From assembly GCA_043816185.1 (NCBI GenBank), contig JBDRIG010000017.1, positions 1 to 10,472 on the forward strand: a DNA stretch of 10,472 nt, written 5' to 3'. Of this stretch, positions 1 to 5,590 are shown in pieces. Source of the stretch: Elusimicrobiota bacterium (GTDB lineage Bacteria; Elusimicrobiota; UBA8919). The notes under the pieces are model-generated. The model was not told the origin of the DNA. It saw nothing but the letters and a program-made list of their open reading frames with translations, and searched no databases. How positions within the stretch are numbered: the stretch's first letter is position 1; each line of letters opens with the position of its first letter. The position numbers were made by a program, and so were the translations under genes.

Positions 1-58
1 TTTAAAATTTTGGTTATTTTTTTTAAAAATTTTTGAAAATCTTTTTATAGCAACTGTT

Positions 59-131
59 GCGGTGGCATTGCTATTGGACTTTCCGTTGGGTTGGGGGGGT
101 TGCAATCCCCCCCCCCCCCCCCCCCCACCGC
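59..131. repeat. G7/C20 homopolymer hairpin just downstream of the YD-repeat gene; possible terminator or sequencing artefact
   Basis: G7 (93-99) and C20 (107-126) flank TTGCAAT. An outer inverted repeat GCGGTGG (59-65) / CCACCGC (125-131) encloses them. The structure lies about 10 nt past the minus-strand stop at 141. Confidence 0.4.
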
Positions 132-140
132 TACACCGAG

Positions 141-1319
141 CTAATTAATTTCAGCCACCACCATATCGGCAGAACCACTATCAACATAAACCTTTTTTAT
201 CTCACCACTATCAATCAATTTCTGAACTTCCACAGCAGTAGGTTTTTCATCTAATTTAATAAGCCTTGCTACTTCTTGAGTATAAATATATACCACTAAT
301 GAGTTGTCTGTTTCGCTCCATACACCAACAAGTTTTCCCTCGTTATATAACCATTCTTTTGATAACTTGTTGTCGTACGACACATATAATGGCTTACCAT
401 CAATACTATACCAAGTAGTCTCATTTGTTTTACGTTCAAATGTAAAACTTAGTGTTTGACTATCGTAAAACCACTCTTTTTCGGTAATCCCATCTTTAGT
501 TTTCATTACTTGTGGTTTACCATTTTTATAATAGGTGATATTACCGTGTAACTCTGTTGTTGTGTCAAGAACATAATTTCCATTATCATCGTTTATATAA
601 TTATATTTCATAACAATTTTTCCATACTTGTCTTCCGTGTGAGTCATATTACCTTTTTTATCAAAATATGTTTTGTTGTCATAAATATCGGTTTTTAATA
701 CTAATCTGCTATTTTCATCATAATAGTAGTGTGCAACCTCGCGATTCTCAAAATTTATATCAACCGACGCCTGTCCCTTTGTGTTATACACAGTCTTTGT
801 CATGGAAAGTTCGTCCAAAACCCATTCTGTATTTTTGCCATACTTATTATACTGGTACGACCTTACTTTGTTCATGTCTTTGTCATACTCTCCTATAGTT
901 TTACCACCAAAACCTAACTCCTGATAACCAAGAATTTCACCTTTCTCATTTTTGATAACACTCATAGTGTTACCTCGTTGCTTTTCTGTTTCTTTTTGCA
1001 AATTCCCTTCCTTATCAACCTCTTTCGATTTAATAGATAACGAGAATTCTTTGGAACCATCATTGTTAATCCTGAGTGTCAATTTACCACTTGGTGTGTA
1101 ATATAGTCGATTGCCATTTTTATCTTTTGCGGCAACGGGTCTGTTGGGAACAATATTCATCATATCCCTTGGTTTGCCAAACTCCGTAGTATCGATGTTG
1201 AGTGTTGCCTCTGGACCAAACCTTTCTTGCTGCGGCATTGGCAAACACAATAGTTCACCAATAGAAAGATGGCACACCAGCACTCCAACAATAATTTTTG
1301 TAGTGATTGTTTTTTTCAT
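141..1319 (-). CDS. Putative secreted protein with YD/RHS-like beta-hairpin repeats (about 392 aa)
   Basis: Start moved from the ORF-track 1523 to ATG 1319 because MKKTITTKIIVGVLVCHLSIGELLC looks like a signal peptide and the upstream 68 codons cross REP and promoter DNA. The body has recurring YD-like hairpins (YYYDENSRLVLKTD, YFDKKGNMTHTEDKYG, YDKDMNKV, YQYNKYGK). No RHS core or toxin tip is visible. Confidence 0.7.
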   Translation of the reverse strand: MKKTITTKIIVGVLVCHLSIGELLCLPMPQQERFGPEATLNIDTTEFGKPRDMMNIVPNRPVAAKDKNGNRLYYTPSGKLTLRINNDGSKEFSLSIKSKEVDKEGNLQKETEKQRGNTMSVIKNEKGEILGYQELGFGGKTIGEYDKDMNKVRSYQYNKYGKNTEWVLDELSMTKTVYNTKGQASVDINFENREVAHYYYDENSRLVLKTDIYDNKTYFDKKGNMTHTEDKYGKIVMKYNYINDDNGNYVLDTTTELHGNITYYKNGKPQVMKTKDGITEKEWFYDSQTLSFTFERKTNETTWYSIDGKPLYVSYDNKLSKEWLYNEGKLVGVWSETDNSLVVYIYTQEVARLIKLDEKPTAVEVQKLIDSGEIKKVYVDSGSADMVVAEIN

Positions 1320-1331
1320 ATTTGTAATGTA

Positions 1332-1388
1332 ACTATACGCTGACTTTGTGAAAAAGTTAGGGAATTTTTGTAAAAAATTTGTGAAAAC
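1332..1388 (-). promoter_or_regulatory. Promoter module 1: three TT(C/T)ACA boxes on an 11-bp phase plus a -10-like TATAGT
   Basis: Plus-strand TTTGTRAAAA at 1345, 1367 and 1378. On the minus strand TTCACA-N9-TATAGT (1352 to 1332) lies upstream of ATG 1319. Confidence 0.55.
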
Positions 1389-1425
1389 TGAAAAATGGCG
1401 GATAATTCCTGTAAATGTGGTAAAT

Positions 1426-1499
1426 GTAGACACGAATTCTACTCGTGCGATTTTGCACGATTGAAACCAACGGCGCACGGTCACACAGACCGTGCCTAC
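1426..1499. repeat. Inverted pair of GTAG-type REP-like hairpins (REPIN-like)
   Basis: Plus strand: GTAG-A-CACGA-attctac-TCGTG (1426-1447). Minus strand: GTAG-GCACGGTC-tgtgt-GACCGTGC (1499 to 1475, perfect 8-bp stem). A GTAG tetranucleotide next to a hairpin is the signature of RAYT-associated REPs. Confidence 0.6.
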
Positions 1500-1536
1500 A
1501 ACAAATGCATATGCACAAACCATGTCAACACAAGCC

Positions 1537-1731
1537 CTAATTGTAGACTTTGTTGTATATTATTTTCAATAATTCCTCTTCTGTTATCTCATAATTATGA
1601 GATTCGGCATAATCGCGTAATTCTCTCGCTATGCCACCGTTTATAATAACATTCAAAATAGTAACCCTATCAAGTATACCAAGTTTCGAAAAGGCATCAT
1701 GTTCAAGTTTTATAAAATCTTTCTGTGACAT
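1537..1731 (-). CDS. Small hypothetical protein (64 aa) with weak resemblance to a Nif11-like domain
   Basis: Strong SD GGGAGG (1742-1737) lies 5 nt before ATG 1731. The sequence MSQKDFIKL...ELRDYAESHNYEITEEEL resembles the Nif11 pattern MS..(helix)..A.e.Gy.fT.eeL. Confidence 0.6.
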   Translation of the reverse strand: MSQKDFIKLEHDAFSKLGILDRVTILNVIINGGIARELRDYAESHNYEITEEELLKIIYNKVYN

Positions 1732-1774
1732 ATTTGCCTCCCTTTTGCCGTTTTTTAATCTCTCTTTCAAGTAT

Positions 1775-1831
1775 CATATACTCTTTCGATGTGAAAAAAT
1801 AATGACAATTTTGTGAAAAATTTGTAAAAAA
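1775..1831 (-). promoter_or_regulatory. Promoter module 2: same three-box 11-bp-phase architecture plus a -10-like TATATG/TATGAT
   Basis: Plus-strand boxes start at 1788, 1810 and 1821, with the same 22+11 spacing as module 1. Minus strand reads TTCACA-N9-TATATG (1795 to 1775). Confidence 0.55.
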
Positions 1832-1967
1832 TGCGGTACATTATTGTGAATGGCAACTGTGCAACAACTCCATTTTTGGTTATTGCTGTAATACTTCACA
1901 ATTTCGGCAACAACTTGGCAACCGAATTAAGTTTATCTAAAGGTGTCTGATAGTTCAGTGCTGAATC

Positions 1968-2106
1968 AGACTGTGTCGCAATTCCACTTTTGACCATTGC
2001 GAGGCTTCCGAAGGAAGCCGTGGCAATCTCTTCCCGACGAGAAATATTTTAAAGATTGTTTCACTTCGCTCGTAATGACACACATTTTACTATTGCGACA
2101 CAGTCT
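1968..2106. mobile_element. 139-bp MITE/REP-like palindromic element with perfect 15-bp terminal inverted repeats
   Basis: AGACTGTGTCGCAAT (1968-1982) / ATTGCGACACAGTCT (2092-2106). Nested stems: CATTGCGAG/CTCGTAATG, GCAATCT/AGATTGT and the hairpin GGCTTCC-gaa-GGAAGCC (2003-2019). It resembles the widespread GTCATTGCGAG...GCAATCT repeat family. Confidence 0.7.
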
Positions 2107-2169
2107 CAATGCCTTCTGATACTTATGCACCATCAACTTTATCAATTTTTTTGCCAACTAAGATAACAC

Positions 2170-2193
2170 ACACTTCCTCGGGATGACAGGCGA
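2170..2193 (+). repeat. Copy 1 of a 24-bp dispersed direct repeat (copy 2 at 3851-3874)
   Basis: ACACTTCCTCGGGATGACAGGCGA versus ACGCTTCCTCGGGACGACAGGCGA (22/24 identical). It overlaps the start of hairpin CGACGGA-cgc-TCCGTCG (2191-2207). Confidence 0.75.
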
Positions 2194-2265
2194 CGGACGC
2201 TCCGTCGAAACAACAGATGCTCTGTCAAGGAATAACAGGTGTTGCACTAACATGTTGAGTCTTAA

Positions 2266-2436
2266 ATATTTCTTGATGAGTATACGGAGTTAGAAAAATT
2301 TAATAGAATATCTTTTTCTGAAAAAGTAAATTTTGTAGGAGAAAAAATAAGGGGAGGTTTTAAAAAAGCAGGTTATACTGAAAAAGATATTCCTCGCTTA
2401 GTCGCAAAGGTACGGGTTGAAAAACACAAAAGATAA
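2266..2436 (+). pseudogene. 5'-truncated type II antitoxin remnant (possibly Phd/YefM-like)
   Basis: Open frame IFLDEYTELEKFNRISFSEKVNFVGEKIRGGFKKAGYTEKDIPRLVAKVRVEKHKR* has an in-frame TAA at 2263-2265 and no proper start. The KKAGYTEKDI..LV.KVR tail is typical of antitoxins paired with PIN toxins. It ends 8 nt before a PIN start. Confidence 0.5.
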
Positions 2437-2444
2437 AAAGTAAA

Positions 2445-2597
2445 ATGATCAAAATTGTGTTAGATACAAATGGGTTTTTGGTTTTGGTTTTGGTTTTGGT
2501 TCTGGTTTTGGTTTTGGAGGGGAATACAAGAGAAATAGTTAATTTTTGGAAAACAGGAAAAATTATACTTTGTGCTTCTGCAGAAGTGTTAGTATGA
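2445..2597 (+). pseudogene. Truncated PIN-domain (VapC-like, COG1569-type) toxin
   Basis: MIKIVLDTN-GFLVLVLVLVLVLVL-EGNTREIVNFWKTGKIILCASAEVLV*. It has the classic xxVLDTN PIN start and a G.p..i...w..gki.l..S.e.l segment, but stops at 50 aa, whereas PIN toxins are about 130-140 aa. Confidence 0.7.
2476..2517 (+). repeat. Hexanucleotide microsatellite (TTTTGG)x7, one unit TTCTGG
   Basis: Read directly from the sequence. It lies in frame inside the PIN remnant and encodes (LV)6. Confidence 0.95.
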
Positions 2598-2626
2598 ATG
2601 TGGCGAGATTTTCAAAACCAAAGATC

Positions 2627-3805
2627 TCAAAGTCCGAGGTCGGCGGGCACCCTACCAAGCGAATGCAATATCGAAATTACCTTTTTTATTCTCTCGTCTA
2701 TTTCTAAATCAGTTCCAGCCCGATTCGGATAGATTTCGTAGAGATCGCGATATTTTTTCGGCGTGAGATTTACCATCAAAGAATTAGCACCCGCAAGCAA
2801 ACCCGATCTTGCAGCATTTTCTTTATCCAATGTCTCTAATGCTGTTGTAACCAAAATTTTACTTTCTGGATAGAGTATTCTTGCCCTCGCAGTTGTTTCC
2901 AAAACCAACTCAAGCGATGGAGATTGAAAATTACTTAATGGTGTATCTGGATGTGGAATAAAAGGCCCAAAAGAAAACAATTCTGTTTTTAAATCGTTCG
3001 ATAATTTGATATTGTTTAGAACATCTTTTTCCGTCTCATCTGGTAGACCAATTAAAAAACCAGTCATAATCAAATACCCAAGTTCGGTTAATTTTTTTAT
3101 TAAATTTAATCTATCGGATAATTTGCACTCGGGCTTTATTTTTTTATAAATTTCTTCGTTGCTCGTCTCAAATCGCAACAGTACTCCCCTAACACCTGCT
3201 TCATATAATTTTACAAAAGTCTGAAGTTCTCTTTCACCTATACTAAAAATAAGCAATATTTTACATTTTTCAAATATTTTTTTTGTTAATGCCAACAATT
3301 TTTCGTCGTCATACCATAAATCTTCGCCTGATTGTAACACCAATGCCTTAAAGCCCAATTTATTTACTGCGTAATCACACAGGTCAACTATTTCGTCAAT
3401 TTCCATTCTGTATCTTTTAAGTTTGCAATTATCTTTTCGCAAACCACAATACAAACAATTACTTCTACAATAATTCGAAAATTCTATAATTCCATGAACA
3501 CAAGATGCGTTGCCAATATGTTTTTGTCTAACGGAGTTTGCAATCTGATAGATATCTTTTGTTTGGCGAGTAAGTCGTAGGTCTGTTTCTTTTAGTTGGA
3601 AGAAAAATTCCTTCCAGGTTTGTAAAATTTCTTTTGCTTCGTCTGGTAAAACTTTTTGTATAACAAATCCACCTTGTGCATATACATAATCGCCTAATGC
3701 GAGTTCAATAAAATCGTTTCGTACTTTTTTGCTTATATCAAAATATTCTATCGTGATAATACTGCCAGTTATTTCAGTTACTTTGCCAGGAATTGCATAA
3801 CACAT
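2627..3805 (-). CDS. hydE: HypC-HydE fusion: N-terminal HypC/HupF chaperone domain plus HydE-like radical SAM maturase (392 aa)
   Basis: Likely start is ATG 3805, giving MCYAIPGKV...LGDYVYAQGGFVIQKV.PDEAKEIL.TW (HypC signature MC.aiPgkv, Cys2, residues about 1-66). It is followed by IANSVRQKHIG...GIIEFSNYCRSNCLYCGLR (CX3CX2C at 113/117/120), VLQSGED, LLRFET, GFLIGLP, GPFIPHPDTPL, TTALETL, and GANSLMVNLTPKKYRDLYEIYPNR (HydE-type C-terminal Yx2YP). Confidence 0.9.
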   Translation of the reverse strand: MCYAIPGKVTEITGSIITIEYFDISKKVRNDFIELALGDYVYAQGGFVIQKVLPDEAKEILQTWKEFFFQLKETDLRLTRQTKDIYQIANSVRQKHIGNASCVHGIIEFSNYCRSNCLYCGLRKDNCKLKRYRMEIDEIVDLCDYAVNKLGFKALVLQSGEDLWYDDEKLLALTKKIFEKCKILLIFSIGERELQTFVKLYEAGVRGVLLRFETSNEEIYKKIKPECKLSDRLNLIKKLTELGYLIMTGFLIGLPDETEKDVLNNIKLSNDLKTELFSFGPFIPHPDTPLSNFQSPSLELVLETTARARILYPESKILVTTALETLDKENAARSGLLAGANSLMVNLTPKKYRDLYEIYPNRAGTDLEIDERIKKVISILHSLGRVPADLGL

Positions 3806-3850
3806 AATAGTTACCAGTTGGCTCGTCTTCAACGAAATTGTTCGGTTGCT

Positions 3851-3909
3851 ACGCTTCCTCGGGACGACAGGCGAGATTGCCACGAGCCGATAAATCGGAC
3901 TCTGGCAAT
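3851..3909 (+). repeat. Degenerate REP-like repeat remnants between hydG and hypC-hydE
   Basis: Copy 2 of the 24-bp repeat (3851-3874). GAGATTGCCACG (3873-3884) is the exact reverse complement of 2019-2030 in the MITE-like element. Hairpin CCGAT-aa-ATCGG at 3887-3898. Confidence 0.65.
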
Positions 3910-3944
3910 AGCTAGCACAGAGCCCATCCGTCCCATAGTCCCTA

Positions 3945-5342
3945 CTAAAAAAATAGGTCTCTTTCGCCGTGTTTAATTTTATTTAATTTTTCTGTTGCTA
4001 ACTTTTTTATATTTTCATCTTCAATTTTATCAAGATAAAAATTTATTACTTCATAACCTTTTTTATAAACACTATCATGTTCAATGCGAGCAAAATCTTC
4101 AAGGTATTCGGCGAATGTTAAACAAGCATTCGGTCGACAAAAATTATGTATTTCACCGTCTTTGGCAAAATTCATAAACGCCTTACCAGTTCTATTTAAG
4201 CGATAGCAAGCAGTACAAAAACTTGGTAATAAATAGTCGTTTAAGACATCTTCAATAACCTCCACTAATGGTCTATGATCAGACAATATAAATTGCCCTG
4301 CATTTTTATGTCCTGCGTTTTCATCCTTTTTACCATACCCACCAGGCGAAGCATTTGAAGCGGCCGATGTTTGTGATATACCAACTTTGAACGCTAATTT
4401 TCTTATTTCTGGTTTTTCACGGGTTGAGATAATCATACCTGTATATGGTACTGCAAGTCGCAACACAGCAATAAGTTTGAGAAAATCGTCGTCGCTAACC
4501 CCATATTCTGGTTTGTAAGTAACCTCTGGTGCATTGCGAAATCTTGGTACAGAAATTGTGTGCGGTCCGACATCATATTTTTTATCAAAATATTGTGCAT
4601 GTGAAATTAAGGACAATACTTCAAATCGCCAATCGTAAAGCCCAAATAAAACTCCAATACCAAAATCATCAATTCCCGCCTCAAATGCGCGTTCATGGGC
4701 AGTAATTTGTCTATCATAATCCGCTTTTGGTCCACGATGCAATTTTCGATATGTTTCACGGTGATATGTTTCCTGAAATAATTGATAAGTACCAATCTTT
4801 GCTTGTTTTAATTTTTTATAATTTTCAACCGTTGTCGCTGCAATGTTTACATTTATCCGATGGATACTACCCTTATCTGTTTTGACAGAATATATTTTTT
4901 CAATCACATTAACGACATAATCAATTGGATTATCGATAGCGTCTTCGCCGAATTCAAGCAAAACTCTTTTATGCCCCATGTTTATTAAAAATTTTATTTG
5001 TTCTTCAATTTCTTCAATCGAAAGTTTTTCGCGAATCAAAATTTTATTTCTTATATGAAAATTGCAATACTCACAATCATTCATACAGTAATTTGAAACA
5101 TATAACGGTGCAAAAAATACCAATCGCTCGCCGTAAATCTCTTCTTTGATATTGGATGCAATACTAAATAATTCCTGAAGCAACTCGGCATCTTTAAAAT
5201 TTATTAAATATCCGATTTCTTTTAATTCCAAACCATTTTTCTTTTTTGCTTTATCTAATATATTTCTAATTATTTCTTTGGTAGGATTTTTTGTTTGAAT
5301 TAAAATATTATTTATTTTTTCTTCGTCTATTATTTTATTCAT
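3945..5342 (-). CDS. hydG: HydG radical SAM maturase (tyrosine lyase, Fe(CO)2CN synthon-forming; [FeFe]-hydrogenase H-cluster family)
   Basis: FAPLYVSNYCMNDCEYC (CX3CX2C), RINVNIAATT, IGTYQLFQETYH, GPHTISVPR (dangler-Fe His), PSFCTAC-X22-C (auxiliary cluster motif, absent from ThiH) and C-terminal GERDLFF. Starts 2 nt after the hypA stop. Confidence 0.95.
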   Translation of the reverse strand: MNKIIDEEKINNILIQTKNPTKEIIRNILDKAKKKNGLELKEIGYLINFKDAELLQELFSIASNIKEEIYGERLVFFAPLYVSNYCMNDCEYCNFHIRNKILIREKLSIEEIEEQIKFLINMGHKRVLLEFGEDAIDNPIDYVVNVIEKIYSVKTDKGSIHRINVNIAATTVENYKKLKQAKIGTYQLFQETYHRETYRKLHRGPKADYDRQITAHERAFEAGIDDFGIGVLFGLYDWRFEVLSLISHAQYFDKKYDVGPHTISVPRFRNAPEVTYKPEYGVSDDDFLKLIAVLRLAVPYTGMIISTREKPEIRKLAFKVGISQTSAASNASPGGYGKKDENAGHKNAGQFILSDHRPLVEVIEDVLNDYLLPSFCTACYRLNRTGKAFMNFAKDGEIHNFCRPNACLTFAEYLEDFARIEHDSVYKKGYEVINFYLDKIEDENIKKLATEKLNKIKHGERDLFF

Positions 5343-5344
5343 TT

Positions 5345-5590
5345 TTAATTTTTCCCTTCAATAGATTTAATAACAATTCCTTTTTCTATGATTTTTTCTA
5401 TCTCCAATTTTACGTTTTCAAGAATTGTTCCTTTAGACAAATACTCAAAACATAATTTTACTGATTCAACTGTTAAATGACCATCTTCACATAATGCAAG
5501 CGAAACGCGCTCTATCTTATTTATATTATTTTTTTGTGCTTGACTGAGAATCTCTTTTATTACCGATTCGGTAATTGACCATTCATGCAT
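5345..5590 (-). CDS. hypA: Short HypA/HybF nickel chaperone lacking the zinc-finger domain (81 aa)
   Basis: ATG 5590 with SD GGAGG 5 nt upstream gives MHEWSI (Ni-binding MHE). It retains CFEYLSKGTILENVKLEIE and the terminal strand IVIKSIE but has no CxxC motifs. The start overlaps the protease stop. Confidence 0.88.
   Translation of the reverse strand: MHEWSITESVIKEILSQAQKNNINKIERVSLALCEDGHLTVESVKLCFEYLSKGTILENVKLEIEKIIEKGIVIKSIEGKN

Noticed and set aside
1320..1523. 68-aa N-terminal extension of the YD-repeat ORF
   Set aside because: It runs through REP hairpins and promoter boxes. The signal-like sequence begins at 1319.
57..1816. Short plus-strand ORFs (57-254, 668-898, 729-917, 1111-1332, 1395-1646, 1631-1816)
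   Set aside because: These are antisense shadows of better-supported genes or read through poly-C or REP DNA, with no recognisable motifs.
1966..2157. 63-aa minus-strand ORF
   Set aside because: It is mostly a translation of the palindromic element (RDCHGFLRKPRN), with a TTG start and no SD.
1940..2260. CRISPR array or tRNA in the hairpin-rich region
   Set aside because: There are no regularly spaced identical repeats with spacers and no cloverleaf or T-loop motif.
2476..2517. Telomere-like repeat or eukaryotic contamination
   Set aside because: Only seven units, internal, and embedded in frame in a prokaryotic PIN remnant.
2627..3600. Biotin synthase BioB or PylB
   Set aside because: The motifs (LLRFET, GPFIPHPDTPL, NLTP..YR..YEIYP) and adjacency to hydG favour HydE, and there are no bio or pyl genes. 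A phylogeny is still needed, since PylB is closely related.
3806..3883. Longer N-terminus for hypC-hydE from the ORF track
   Set aside because: It is translated repeat DNA and would bury the HypC Cys2.
3945..5342. ThiH (thiamine biosynthesis)
   Set aside because: It has the HydG-specific C-terminal CX2CX22C extension and dangler His, is 465 aa long, and no thi genes are nearby.
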